Shown here: in pieces, positions 1 through 13,590 of the stretch
Layout: every line of letters begins with the position of its first letter
Position numbering within the stretch: the stretch's first letter is position 1
NCBI RefSeq assembly: GCF_963921235.1
Contig: NC_086097.1
Span: 128,342,001-128,406,000 of the forward strand
Origin: Mobula hypostoma
Lineage: Eukaryota
Direction of reading: 5' to 3'
DNA: 64,000 bases
Made by a program: the position numbers and the translations under genes
The notes under the pieces: generated by a model
What the model was told of the DNA's origin: nothing
The model's input: only the letters and a program-made list of their open reading frames with translations
Databases searched by the model: none

Positions 1-383
1 ATTTTTCCAGCTGGTCCAAATCCCTTGCAAGCTTTGAAAACCTTCCTCACTGTCCACTACACCTCCAATCTTTGTATCATCAGCAAATTTGCTGATTCAA
101 CTTACCACATTATCATCCAGATCATTTATATAGATGACAAATAACAATGGACCCAGCACTGATCCCTGTGGCACACCACTAGTCACAGGCCTCCACTCAG
201 AGAAGCAATCCTCCACTACCACTCTCTGACTTCCTTCATTGAGCCAATGTTTAATCCAATTTACTACCTCTCCATGTATACCTAGCGACTGAATCTTCCT
301 AGCTAACCTTCCTTGCGGGAGCTTGTCAAAGACCTTACTGAAGTCCATGTAGACAACATCCACTGCCTTCCCTTCATCCACTA
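1..383 (-). mobile_element. CR1-clade LINE ORF2 reverse transcriptase fragment
   Basis: ORF 97..402 has [14 protein letters not shown] and [22 protein letters not shown], followed by the KFADDTK equivalent at ~70-95. Confidence 0.92.
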
Positions 384-2419
384 GATAAAATGTATTAACC
401 ATCTATTACAAACTTAGTACCTTTGCCAAGATAGTTCTCAATTCTGTGCTAAGGAGATCTCTAAAATGCTGTTTGAAAATAATATAGTGCAAAATTTTGG
501 CACTTGGTGGGCTTTCTGCTTTTTCTTTGTCTTTGTTTTCAACTTCCAAGAGTTAACTATTTCAAAATATTACACCAAATGTTAGCTGTGACCATTACTT
601 TTCCCTTTAAGCCTCAAACCTGGCTGGAAATCAGTCATGTTTCTCTCTGATGGTCAGTCCAGTTTCCCTTGGGAAATTACATACTGGGCAGTTTTTGAAG
701 GTTCATCAGGTAAAAAAAATGGAAAGCAAATGATGTAACTAGAATGTAAAATCAGGCACAGGTACCGCAACATAAACATTGGTTCGTAGGAGTGTAGATC
801 CCTGGCTTTCTTCTAGGTTTCCAAAGAACCACATATTAATGATGCTGAAGGAATGAGTCGCCTTTGGAGAAAATGTGTGCAAAATGAAGGATGAAATAAA
901 CAACTGTTGTAAACCATCTCCGACCTCTCACCTAGCACTGAAAACCCAAATCCCTGTGCTGGAGTTACTTCTACTCCTAAGACAGCAAAGGGAATAGTTT
1001 CTGGGAAAAGAAATAGGAAAAAAGACCTTAAAATAGACTAACACATGTTGCGAACATTGAGATAATTATGCAGTACATGCTATAGCTAATTCTAAATGAT
1101 TTAAGAAGGAATTACAGAATTTGACTTTCGTCCTAATCTACACTCAATTAAATTCCCAACTTTCATGAATAGTTCCTTTCATGAAAGAACAGAGCCTAAA
1201 CATGAAAAAAAAATCAGTTAATTACAACAAAAACTGTTTCATGACATTGTAATTGGACCTTAGTGTAATCAATGACTCCACTGGGGATGCCCTAATGAAT
1301 GTTAAAATCCAAACATAAAGCAGACACTTAAGCAGTCAGGTCAATGCTTCCTAATGAAATCAAATGAAATCAAATTACAGAGCAAGGCATTTTTATTGAA
1401 CAGATTCCTTGTTGGCAGATTCCCAGAACAAAAATATTTTCTCTCCAAACTGTAGGAAAGAAGTAGCAAAGTGTGTTCTAGTACCTTGCAGCTATTTAAC
1501 AAAGTCGTTTAAACATGAAATGAGCTAAGTTTAGAATTGTGAATAATCTTGTGCACGTGTAATATTGACTGCAGTTAAGGATCACCATGGTAAACGATTG
1601 ACCTCAGGTCACATAACTAACTACGAGCCTCATAATAACCAAAATCCATGGCTCAAGGCTTGATTGCTCTTAAAGCAGTTTGTTATTTCATTTGAGTGGC
1701 TGCCCAATTGGCATAGAGTGAGGCATGGTGTTAAATGTTATTTAACTACACAAACACACCAGTAGACTCAATGCCACACATCATGCTGCACTTTATCGTG
1801 CAGTTACACTTGGCCGTGGCTGTAGGTAAGGAGGTGAATCCCAAGAGGAATTCCAAATCCATACATTATTTCCTAAAGTTACACACTCTGACCTCATTCT
1901 CTCTGCAAACACTACGACCTATTGTTAATGTGTAACATAACAACCATGAAATTTAAAACAAAAGAGGAAGGATTGTGTGGAGTGGGTGCAGGAGAGGAGG
2001 GCAACAAGGACATGGGCTTCTCTCCAATAGTCATATGGAATGTTCGGGAGATATTCAAGCATATAAGCATAGTGTATATTTAATATGGTTCCCCTTCCCC
2101 TTCCACCACCAAAGGTGGTTAACATCATTTCCATGCATTATCCTGGGTCGGGAGGTCCAATAGATTATGAGTCACCAACAAACATTGGAAAAGTTGGGTG
2201 TTATCATAGAGATATTATCGCACAGAAGGAGGCTATTCGGCCTGTTTAGTCTATGCCAGCTCTTGGTAGCAATCACCTCGGTTCCATTTCACTGTGATTT
2301 TCCTGCAGATCTGCAAATTATTTTTCCTGAAGCACCCACACACTTTCTTCTTATATGTTTTGATTGACTTTTATCATCACCTTTATTGAGTTGCACCACA
2401 GAAATACAATCTCACCTAG

Positions 2420-2720
2420 AGCCTCAAGGTCAACAAGAGGTCATGGGTTAAGGGTGAAAGGTGAGAAATTTAAGGGAAATATGAGGGGAAACTTCTTCAC
2501 CCAGGCGGCCATGGGGAAGTGGAATGAGCTGCCATCACAAGTGGTGCATGCGAGCTTGATTTCAACGTTTAAAAGAAGTTTGCATAGGTACATGGAAGGT
2601 TGGGATATGGAGGGCTATGATCCCGGTGCAAGTCAATGGGAGTAGGCAGTTTAAATGGTTTTGGCATGAACTAGATGGGCTGAAGGGCCTGTTTCTGTGC
2701 TGTACTTCTCTCTGACTCTA
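2420..2720 (+). mobile_element. CR1 LINE 3' end fragment
   Basis: Encodes TRGHGLRVKGEKFKGNMRGNFFTQ...WNELP; CR1-type 3' UTR (gggctgaagggcctgtttctgtgctgta). Confidence 0.85.
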
Positions 2721-3431
2721 ACCTCAACATACTCTGTTCAGTAGCTTGTCAGTTTGTAAATGATTAAAGCTCACTGCAGAAAGTTGGAGCTGATATTTAA
2801 CAGCGCATGGGATTCTGCAACCTCCGAGGCTCCGACAGGAAGCACTTTCAACTATAGAATCTCATTCATACGTTGTGACAGAATCCTAATGAACAGCCGC
2901 TGACCTGAAACATCAAAACTCTTTCTTACTTTTTTTTGTAGTTTATTTTTTATTGAAGTTCATCTTCAAACAAAAATTTCCATAAGATATACTTCCTGAC
3001 GTGCTGATGACTTCCAGTATTTTCCATTTTTTTATTTTAGTAAATAATTCTAGCCCCAAACTGATTACTCCCAGAGCAGAAGCACATTATTCCAGTCTCT
3101 TGGTGTACAATGGGAGAGCGTATTTGAGGTGATAAGATTAAATGGAGCTATGCACAACCAATTTTACATTAAAATATTTTATTTATATGACTACTTTAAC
3201 ATAGAAAAATATTCCAAGGGGCTTTGAAGGAACATTACCAAACAAAAAGTGATATTGAGGTACAGTTTAGGAAAAATGACCAAAAGCTTTCTTAAAGAAG
3301 TAGATCTTAAAGACTATTGTTAAGGAGGTGCTAGAGAAAGGAAAGGCAGTAGGTTTCCAGAGAATTCTAGAGTTTAAGTTCTTGCCAATGATTAGCTTCA
3401 GAAAAGAATTGGAGAAGCACAGATATCCTGA

Positions 3432-4124
3432 ATGTTGGAAGGAATGCTGAGAACATTAGAATCCGAAATCAATTTCCTCTTCAGAATGTAGAAACCCTGT
3501 TCATGGTTCATGGTTTGCCAGAACAAAGATGATAATATTACTGGACCAGGTGGACTAGGGACAAGGCTGTTACATTTTAGATTGGTTACGTACCAAAGAG
3601 TTCAGGAGACCATACAGGAGTATGTTGGATGTGAGATCCAAGGACAGCAAAGACATAATTCACTTGCTTTGTATTCATTTAATAATTTTGATTTCTTGAA
3701 ATCATTTGATGATGTTAATTACCAGACAAGATGGCACACAGTTAATATTACCGCTGCACAACTCCAGATTTGATCCTGATTTTGGGTGCTGACTGCATGG
3801 AGTTTGCAAATTCTGCCTGTGACTTGGTTGTGTTTCTCTCTGTTTACCTCTCACGTCCCAAAGACTGACGGGCAGGCTGCTCCACTAGAAATAAACCCTG
3901 GTTTAGTTGGATGGCAGAAGAAACAAATGGGGAGATTGACGCCAGTATGTGAGAGAGAAGAGGCTATAGGGAATTAAGAAAGGGAATGACTCATGAGATT
4001 TCTCTGGATATCAGTATTATGTTGATAAGTGAATGGCCTCCTTCTATGTTGGAAGGAATACTGAGAACATTTGTATCCTAAATCAAATTCCTCTTCAGAG
4101 TGTAGAAACACTGTTCATGGTTCA
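3432..4124 (+). repeat. 79-bp direct duplication (3432-3510 and 4046-4124) flanking a SINE-containing segment
   Basis: atgttggaaggaat(g/a)ctgagaacatt...ttcctcttcaga(a/g)tgtagaaac(c/a)ctgttcatggttca occurs twice with a few mismatches. Confidence 0.85.
3730..4045 (+). mobile_element. Degenerate tRNA-derived SINE (V-SINE/HE1-like)
   Basis: tgcatggagtttgcaaattctgcctgtgacttgg resembles the V-domain core; CR1-like 3' end gaatggcctccttct. Confidence 0.6.
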
Positions 4125-5244
4125 ATTGTCATGTCCCAGACTGCACCCACTTTATGTTTCCCTGAAACATAGAATACTTCCTGAGGCAGGAAGGGAACAA
4201 TACAAAACCCCACCACTCTGACCCTCTCTTCCAGGTTTGCATCTGCTGTCGTTGTAAGTAGATCCTGTCCTAACCCTAAATCTTCCAATCCAGGTATCTC
4301 CTGGTCCTATCAGATAAACAAACTCATGTCAATTTTGGGGCCTCAGAAGTTATAACATTACAATAGTCTGCCTCTGTATGGAAATGCAAATTGGGCAGCT
4401 TTTATAACCTGAAGTAATTCGCTACACCAGACCATTACCCTTGTGGTAAGGATGACAGCTACTTCCAGCCTCCACTCCGTACTTCCCCAAGTAAAGCTAT
4501 AAATCTGAAAAGCAATAACTTTATATTTCACATCATCAGCTTGGAGTGTTCCCCCTTGAGTAACATGATGTACTTGAATACACGATCCTGTACTGATGAC
4601 TTCTGAGATGTCCATGAAGTTCAAATGTTTCAGCTATTGAAGATGATGAACTGTACCCCTGACCCATTATCAATTTAAACCTTCCTTTAAATGACAAAAA
4701 AATAGATAAAGTGCATTCCATATGCTCAGTTCCAAGAAGTAATACCTCTCAACTGTAAGTCTAATTCTCCTGTACATTTATCTAGTACTCTCCACTTCAT
4801 GGAGAGTATGTCCCATATTTTAAACACCTTATCCCTTCTAAATTTAAGTCTGTGGTCTGTGTTTGTGGAGTCCACGGTGACTCTCAATTAAATGCAAGTG
4901 ACTTTAACAGCAATTAAGCAAGGACAGTCAAAATGTACCTCAGTTTATGGTACAATCAGACTTTTATCATTTAAAAGAAAATCACTCTCTGGGTGGTTCC
5001 CTCCAAGAGGAACGCAGACTTGTCGTGGTTTGGCAGCACCTCCGATAAATACTGTTGATAGAAGAGGTGGGGAGTGATGTGCCTCTGATGTATTGAGCTG
5101 AGTCCACTTCCCTGCAGCTTCTTACATTAGCATGGGCAGAATGGGTCAAAAGGTTTATTTTTCATATTGTTGGTGATGGGTGGAGATAGAATTTCCTTGG
5201 GTGTTCTTGTACCAACTACTGTAAGACTGCTTTGCCATCAAGGT

Positions 5245-7420
5245 TCAAAGAAAATTATTATCAAAGTACATATACAGCATGTCACCAGATACAACCCTGA
5301 GATTCATTTTCTTGCAAGCATTCACAGTGAATACAAGAAACACAATAGAATCAATGAAAGACCGCACCCAACAGGATGGCCAACAACCATTGTGCGAAAA
5401 AAAACAACAAACGGTGCAAATACAAAAAGAGAAAAAGTAATAATAAGTAAATAAGCAATACATATCAAAAACTTGAGGAGTTCTTAAAAGTGAGTTCAGT
5501 TCAGTGGGAACAGTTCAGTGATGGACAAGTTGAGTGAAGTTATCCCTTCTGGGTCAAGAATCCAATGGTTGAGCATTAATAACTGTTCCTGAACCTGTTG
5601 GTGCAGGTACTGAGGTTGCTGCACCTTCCTCCCAAAGGTGGCAGCAAGAAGAGAGCATGACCTGAACAGTGGGGTTTCTTGATGATAGATGCTTCTTTCC
5701 TGCAACAGCACTCTGTTCAGGTGTGCTCAATGGTGGGGAAGGCTTCACGCATGATGGACTGGGCTGTATCCACTACTTCTTGCAGGCTTTTTCATACAAG
5801 GGCATTGGTGTTCCCATACCAGTCCATGATGCAACTAGTCAATATACTCTCCACCATACAGCGATAGAAGATCGTCGAGGTTTTAGAAGACATGTCAAAT
5901 CTTCGCACACCTCTAAGAAAGTAGAGGCACTGCCATGCTTTCTTTGTGTGGCACTGACATGCTGGACCCAGGACAGATCATGTGAAATGATAACACCAAG
6001 AAATTTAATGTTGCTGACCCTCTCCACCTCCGACCTACCGATGAGAACTGGTTCATGAATCTCCAGTTTTCTCCTCCTGAAGTCCTTTGTCCTTTCTCCT
6101 TGGTCTTACAGTCATTGACTGAGAGGTTGTGGCTGCGGTGCTGCTCAGCCAATTTTTCAATCTCCCTCCTATATGTTGACCCATTACCACCTTTGATTCG
6201 GCCAATGACAGTGGTGTCATCAGCAAACTTAAACATGGCATTGAGGTTATTGCTTAGCTTAGTATAAAGCGAGTAGAGCAGGAAGCTAAGTACACAGCCT
6301 TGTGGTGCATCTGTGCTGATGGAGCTTGTGGAGGAGATGTTGCTGGCCAATCCGAACTGACTGGGGTCTACAAGTGAGGAAATCAATAATCCAATTGCAC
6401 AGGGAGGTATTAAGGCCGAGGTCTTGAAGTTTATTAGCAAATGTTGAGGGGATGATTAGTATTGAATGCTGAGCTGTAGTCAATTGAGATCATCCTGATG
6501 TTTGCATCTTCCCTGACCAGATGTTCCAGGTTTGAGAGAAGAGACAATGAAAAGGCATCTGCTGTGGATCTGTTGTGACATTAGGCAAATTGGAGTGTAA
6601 GCAAGTCACTTCTCAGGCAGAAGTTGATATGTTTCATCACCAACCTGGCAAACTACTTCATATCTGTGAATTTAAGTGCTACTGGATGATAGTCATTGAA
6701 ACAGGTGACAACATTTTTCTTGGGCATCGATATAATTGAAGTCTGCTTGAATCGGGTGGGTACTTCTGTCTGCCGAAGAAAGAGGTTAAAAATATCAGTG
6801 AACACTCCAGTCTATAAGAAGATAAGATGTAGGAACAGAATTAAGCCATTCAGCCCATCGAATCTGCTCCGCCATTCCATCATGGCTGATCCCTGATCCC
6901 ACTCAACCCCACACACCTGACTTCTTGCTATATCCTTTGATGCTCCGACCGATCAGGAAATGATCAACTTCTGCCTTACATATATGCATGGACCTGGTCT
7001 CCACCGTAGTCTGTGGCAGAGCATTCCGCAGATTTACTCCTCACTAAGTAAAGATATTCTTCCTTACGTCTGTTCTAAAGAGTCTCCCCTCAACTTTGAG
7101 GCTGTGCCCTCTTGTTCAGGATATCCCCACCATAGGAAACATCCTCTCCACATCCATCCTATCCAGTCCTTTCAACAGTTGGTTGATCAGCACAAGTCTT
7201 TAGAACACTCTCCTGAAGAACAGCCTCCTTTCAGCCTCAGAGGCTGAACTCATAGGGTCATCGGAAGCAGTGGGAGTGCATGAAAGTGCCTCCATGTTTT
7301 GATGGTTAAAGTGAGCATGAAAGGCATTGATCTTATCTGGGAGTGAAGCCTTCTTGTTACCTATGTTGCTTGGTTTCATTTTGTAGGAGGTGGTAGCATT
7401 CAAGCATCGACAGAGGAGGA
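5245..7420 (-). mobile_element. Rex1/Babar-clade LINE, degraded RT plus 3' UTR, interrupted by a CR1 3' fragment at ~6815-7180
   Basis: ORFs with [67 protein letters not shown]. Confidence 0.88.
6815..7180 (-). mobile_element. CR1 LINE 3' end nested in the Rex1 element
   Basis: Reverse complement of CR1 3' UTR (ccattcagcccatcgaatctgctccgccattccatcatggctgatc) and RGHSLK-like coding tail. Confidence 0.8.
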
Positions 7421-7523
7421 GAACTGGCAATCAGAATCAGGGTCAGGTTTAATACCACTGACAAATGTCATGAAATGTGATGCTTTGCGGCAGCAGTATA
7501 GTGCAATACACAATAAAAACTAT

Positions 7524-8150
7524 TGAAACACTCTGGTTTCCTCGGCCGCATAAGTCTAGGGAAGACAATCTCTGGCCCTGCCAAACGTGTGAGAGTGAGG
7601 CGCGAGCCCCCCTTCAGACCCCTGTTTGTGTGGATGCTGTGTGATTCGTTACCCTGTTACAAATGAGCGCCACAAAATAACAGAGAGTACACTGCCAATA
7701 AAGATTTAGCTTTATAATTCTTATTTTGACTAAAGGGTTAGTAATGAAAAGAACAAAAAAAAGAAAAGGGTCCAGTTTAATGAAACAGTATGATATGTAC
7801 AAGTTGGAGCTCACAGTTTCCCTAAGTCACCGATCCTCAATCGATCTCACCCTAGGCTTCGTCGAATCACGGTTCCACCCTGGGTCACATCCTACGGCCT
7901 CTTCTCTCTGGCGTCTTCTCTCTTCATCCCTCTCGAACCACACAGAAAAAACCCAAGCCCAACCTTAGTGTCCCTCACCAGAGAAACCTCCCCTTCAATT
8001 TGACCATCCTAATTGGATGGCAGACATGTCTCCTCGTCCCTTATCTTCAACAATAACCCAAACATAAGCTGGAAACAAGCAGCTCGCACAGAGCAGCACA
8101 GAATGAAATACATACAGCATAACAGTAAAAAATATGAACCGGACATTAAA
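7524..8150 (-). mobile_element. Probable solo LTR inserted in a Rex1 3' UTR
   Basis: On the plus strand it starts tgaaaca and ends cattaaa (degenerate TG...CA). Near-TSD ctat/atat; CCAAT box on minus strand; Rex1 3' sequence (7430-7520) resumes at 8151. Confidence 0.5.
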
Positions 8151-8560
8151 ATATAAATTACAATAAGTATAAACAAAAAATTTAATTAAATTAAGTAAGT
8201 AGAGCAAAAAGAGAGGGGAAAATTGCTGAGTTAGTGTTCATGGGTAAATTGTCCATTCAGAAATCTGATGGAGGATGTAAAAAAGCTGATCCTGAAATTT
8301 TGTCTGTGCATCTTCACGTTCCTGTAGCACCTCCTTTATAATAGCAATGAAAAGAGGGCATGTCCTGGGTGATGGGGGTTCTTAATAATGGATGCCATCT
8401 TTTCGAGTCATCGTCTTTTGAAGGCATCATCAATGCTGGGGAGACTTGTGTCCATGATGGAGCTGGCTGAGTTTACAACTTTCTGCACATTTTTCTGATT
8501 CTGCGCAGTGGCCTCTCCATACCGGACAGTGATGTAACAAGTTAGAATGCAATCCACGGT
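8151..8560 (-). mobile_element. Rex1/Babar LINE 3' end fragment
   Basis: Reverse complement of ...ITVRYGEATAQ...; HHPGHALF-like 3' coding end; (gattct)-type tail at ~7430. Confidence 0.75.
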
Positions 8561-8959
8561 AGCAAGGAATCTGACCCCTAATACTGCAAAAGAAATCCTG
8601 AAAATCTTGGAAAATCTGCCAACTTTTTACACCTCGCTGGTTTTCAATCACACTCACTCATACTCCTGACCAAGCTGGAACTTTGTTTGATCTCTGTAGG
8701 TCAGCACCATGGTACCACTGGCCTCCTTACTAAATCTCCGACAGAGCACATAGACCAGGAACCAATCAAGTCTTTCATGATTCAAGAATTTATAAGTCAC
8801 GTATACATCGAAACATACAGTGAAATGTACCATTTGCATTAACGACCAATGCACCTGAGAGTGTGCTGGGGGCAGCCCGCAAGTTTCGCCACATATTCCG
8901 ACACCAACATCACCTGCCCATAATGCTCAGCAGGGCACAACAACCAACAAACCATGGTA

Positions 8960-9230
8960 CGTAGAGGTTGGGGGGGGGGTCAGAGATCAGAGTTCGATTG
9001 CAGCGCCCTCTGTTAGAAAGTTTGTACATTCCTCCTGTTTGCATGTGTGTATCCTCCAGGTGCTCTGGTTTCTGCCCACAGTCCAATCTACCGGTTAGTA
9101 GATTAACTGGTCATTAATTGGTAAATTAACTGGTAGATTAATTGTCCTGTGGTTAGCCTAGGGTTAAACTGGTGGGTTTCTGGGCAGTGTGGCTCAGTGG
9201 GCCGGAAAGACCTGTTCCACGCTGTATCTT
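8960..9230 (+). mobile_element. V-SINE/HE1-like tRNA-derived SINE
   Basis: B-box gagttcgatt; tcctccaggtgctctggtttctgcccacagtcc V-domain; CR1-like tail. Confidence 0.65.
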
Positions 9231-9529
9231 TAAATAAGTAAATAAACAACAAAAACAACAAGCCCCATTCCTCCCACCCACCCACATACATATGCAGTCC
9301 TTTAACACTGTGGTTCTGTCCATAGAATCAGAAACCAATACATTTCTTGCACTGTAAGGTAGATATATTTCAGGGATAGAGTCTGCTGTAGAAAATTCAT
9401 AATAGTAGAGAGAAAGGCATCATAGAAATAGGCCCTTCAATCTACTGAGTCTGTGTTCACACTCAAATCCTACGCTATTCTCCCCACATTCTCATCAACA
9501 GCCCCCAGATCAGACCTCATGCGTACACA

Positions 9530-9710
9530 CTAGGAGTAATTTACAGTGGTCAGTCACTTGGCAAATGCATATCTATCTTTGGAATGTGGGATGAAACTGG
9601 AAGCCCATGTGTTCACAGGGAGAACATGCAGACTCCACACAGAGAGCATCTGAGATCAGGGTTTGGCACCGTAAGGCAGCAGCTTTACCAGCTGTTCCAC
9701 TGCGCCATCC
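9530..9710 (-). mobile_element. V-SINE/HE1-like SINE
   Basis: Reverse complement reads ggatggcgcagtggaacagctggta (A-box) ... ctgtgtggagtctgcatgttctccctgtg. Confidence 0.65.
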
Positions 9711-11039
9711 AAATTTAAGGATCCTGTGTCTAAATTTGAAACGATGTTTGTGAATCTACTTTTGCTTCTATTTCTTTTCTTGTTGTGTTTGCCTCTTGTA
9801 GAGCTCATCAGATTTTCCCATAGATGGCAGCATTTAACAATGCACTCATTCTGATGCTTTGTAAAGTGAAAAAAGAAACTTGGAAAATACTTGATTCCCC
9901 AGACAGGACTGATGAGACAGTTCAATTTATATCCTTCTCTTCACTATCACAAATAAATGCTTTGTGACCTAAATCGCTGAAATTAGTTTCAATAACTCCG
10001 CAGAGGACATGCTGAGAACAAGGGGTTATGTTGCTGCAATTTTTAAAACATAGTTAAAGTAAGTTTCTTTTGTATCATGTTAATGCATAATGACACATGT
10101 CTTTCCTTGTTATCTCAGTTGAATAGGTCTAATAGCAACTGATAGATAAGCAACAGACCTGACACGCTTTACTACATCTTTTAGTGAATTTTCAATCTAT
10201 ATTACATTTCACAGACTAATAAATGGAAATACTAAGATAACACTGGTATTCTCTCAAAGAATACCACTTAGCAAGTACTTCTTGATTCACAATGCACCAG
10301 CATTGTTCTGATACTGGTCCACAGAATGCCCTAGCAGTGTTGAGCTGACTTCATTTGCCGGCCCCCTGTCCATTAAGTCTGTAGCTTTTGTGCAGCGACT
10401 TTCCAAACAAAGCCAACTCTAACAAGGACATTGTGATAATCCTGGTGACATCACAGGTTTAGTTCAAACCCCTCCCACAGAAATAATTTGGTAGCTGGTT
10501 AAACTGCAGGCCCCAGGCTAAACTGGTTGACGAAGTTCCCAAGCAATTTGAATGTTTGTGTACATCTCAGATACATTCATAAACAATATAAAAATAATTA
10601 TTTTAAAATATAAAGTAAATAAATTGAAATTGTTCAAAAATATTTTTAAAGTATGTTAACTTAATAAACTGAAATTAGTGTGAACTACCTTTTCTCCATC
10701 AGAGCAATTCTGGTCTATTAAAACGTAACTGAGTTGCTAAATTCACTCCAAATCTAAGTTGGCCCAAGATACGTTGAGATCATTACTGGGAAGTTATAGG
10801 GAGTTGGTATTGCTTGCTGGACTCCTTGGGAACGTGAATCCGGAGTGCAGTCGGTCAACAATAGGCATCTCAGGAAGTTTATGTGTGAAAACCTGCCAAT
10901 GCCTTACTTTGGATCAGTAACTTCATAGCATATCCCCACTGATGTCAGAAATCTAGGTTATTCATTATTTAATAGAGCATGAATGGAAGTTGTCGGATGT
11001 TTAAAATAGATGAAAAACTATCTCTAACACCTGGCAGAA

Positions 11040-11360
11040 TGATGTGACTGAAATGTTGCTGACTGCAGCTCCAGTGACCCAGTCTCGATTCTGACCTCTG
11101 GTGCTGTTTGTATGGAATGTTCACATTCTCCCTGCGAGCGTATCAGTTTTGTGACAGTGCTGTGGCTTTTTCTCACATCCCAAAGGCAGGCTGGCTGGTT
11201 AGTCAATACGCCACTGTAAGTTGCACCTAGTGTGCTAGTGACGGGTAGAATCTGAAAACAGTTGATGGAAAGTGGGTGAATAACAATCAGTTTATTGTGT
11301 ACATATTGTAGGTGCTTAACGGCTGGTGTGGGTTCTGTGGACTGAAGTGCCCATTTCTAT
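11040..11360 (+). mobile_element. V-SINE/HE1-like SINE
   Basis: cagctccagtgacccagtctcgattctgacctctggtgctgtttgtatggaatgttcacattctccctg; CR1-like 3' tail. Confidence 0.65.
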
Positions 11361-11629
11361 GTTATGTTAGTCTGATGTGGCAATGAAGTGGAATAATCTT
11401 TGAAGAATTTTTATATTGCAACACAAACAGAAATAAACTGGGGATACAAAATGTTAAGGATAAACCATTGTGCATGTGACATTCTTGTCCAAAATTGGCT
11501 GGCTGAGTTTGAATTACCTGAACGAGAAAGTGTAGGTTATGCTGACTGATCAGACATACCAGAATAACCTGCAAGAAGATCTATGAAAACCCTCTCTATG
11601 GAGCAAAATCAATTGTTTCTTTTGGCATT

Positions 11630-12710
11630 GTGATGGGATTGGGTTTGCTGAACTTAAAGTTCTAAACTCAAACAAAAACCTTAAGCCTCTCCGACATGGA
11701 AAGCTATGCATACCCTCACTAAAAGAAGGTTATACTGTAACTGCACAATCTTTGAAAATTAGTTCACTTCCCTGTGTATTCTCTATGGTGAATTTAGCTG
11801 CCAATGTCCACTATTTGAATGGTGACCCCCCCCCCCTCCACCTTCCAAGCAAGGTAAAGATGCTTCCAGCTAACAAAGTGTTTAAGTGCAGTTTATTTAC
11901 TTTTAGTGATTCAGGTTTAAATCCAAGCAACATTTTTTAAAACACATTTAAATTCACAGATTATTTCTATCTTATACAATTTCCATATTACAAACCATTT
12001 ATAAAACACAAAGGATTACCAAAGCACAGGTACAATTCCTATAAGCTAAAAAGACATTGCATGAGCTATAGTTGAACCAGTCATCCATCAAGGAAATTCA
12101 AGGCAGAAGAATGGATTCTAGTTCACCCCCATGTTTCTGTCATTCTTTTAATGTTTCTGGACCATTCCTAATAAGCCTGAATTTCACTCCACATTTATAC
12201 TATATTTCTGCACTTGGGTAACTTCACACGCATATGATTTCTTTTACAGATACATTTCAACACAAGTGGTTTAAAAACTTCTGGAGTCAGAGCTTCCAGG
12301 TACCCACAATTAATGCTATGAAGCTAACTCTTTGAGCACATAAATCTTCTAACTATTAATAGATAGTAATATATACCAGTCTGGTCTTCCTCCTTAAACT
12401 AAATGACTTAGCCAGCATTGTCAAGTTTGAAACAAGTCCAATTAACATGGCCCATTGTCTTGCACTGCATCTCTTGAGCAATCAGTCCAAGTGCTGGTAA
12501 TCTATGGCAGTGCTTATTTGTAAAGCTGACTTTTTAACTTCAAACTGATTATTCCTTGCCAATTACATTAAGAACTGAAGACTGGCGCCTGTTAACGACA
12601 AGCAGCTAAACAAAGAGTATTAGTTGCAAGTTTCACTTACTCAAAGACAACACTTTGATCTTTATAAGCTCATAACTGCTGTGTTTAGAAAGCTGAGCTT
12701 GGCAAAAAGG
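11630..12710 (-). mobile_element. Second, diverged foamy-like ERV fragment: 5' LTR plus start of gag
   Basis: Colinear similarity to 60343-61470 (cttccagctaa(c/t)aaagt, cacaggtacaat, aagctaact(c)tttgagcacataaa, tttagaaagc). Minus strand encodes ...LKVFV*VRTLSSANPIPS, matching LKVFVRVRTSRSANPIPS at 60220-60468. Confidence 0.8.
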
Positions 12711-13419
12711 CCTCACTTGGCCCTTGAGTGAGAGAAGTGCTGCTCCAGGATCACCCATTGCAGAGTGATCGCATTCATTCCTTTACTTCCGAAGTTATTG
12801 ATTTGTGTCCCAATCAAGGCTGAGAGATGCTTGGCAATCACAGGTACTAAGATACAATGAAAATCTTTGTTTTGCATGCCATCCATACAGATCCTTTGGT
12901 TGTATTGAGATAGTGTAAAGGATAAGCAATAGTTGAAGAGAGAATATAGTGAGACAGTTACAGAGAAAGTGTAGTGCAGACAGGTAATAAGGTACAAGGG
13001 TCCTGACAGGGTACTTTATGAGGTCAACAGTCATTCCTATCATACAATAATCTTATAACTGCAAGATAAAAGTAATCCGTGAGGCTGGTGATATGTGGTT
13101 TCAGGCTTTTGTAACTGTGTTGGCTTCTTTCCCAATAAAACGAGTAGGGTGGACAGAGTCCAAGGATTGGAAACAATTTTCATGATGTGCTGCACTGACT
13201 GCACAGCTCCCTATCATTTGTTTGCAGTCTTGGGCAGAGCAGTTGTGATAACAAGTTGTTATGCATCTCTGTAACTGTAACACCATAGTCTGCATTTTGT
13301 AATTGTGTTTCTCTTGTGCTAGATCAGTGTTCTGATGTGAAGAACAGATCGATATGAAAACTAATTTTTTACTGTACCTTGGCACATGCGGCAATAATGA
13401 ACCAATTTTCCAGATGAGG

Positions 13420-13590
13420 CTTCAGTTTAATTTTGAATACAGTGCTGTCTCCTGAGCAATCCAGTATTCCTTCAGTACTGCACCACATCTCAGCCCTGAT
13501 TCTTGTACTCTAGTCTCTTGAGTGGGACTTGAACCAACAACCTCCTGACTCAGAAGCAAGGGGGCTACCCATTCAGCCATGGGTGACAGA
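13420..13590 (-). mobile_element. tRNA-derived DeuSINE-like (SacSINE1/AmnSINE-type) 5' fragment
   Basis: Minus strand: A-box tggctgaatgg, B-box ggttcaagtccc, then actcaagagactagagtacaag...tgcagtactgaagga. Confidence 0.6.

Noticed and set aside
11805..12710. This LTR copy as the true 3' LTR of the 44.7-61.5 kb provirus
   Set aside because: It continues into gag-like sequence, is more diverged, and has no PPT; the PPT-adjacent LTR is at 44687-45036.
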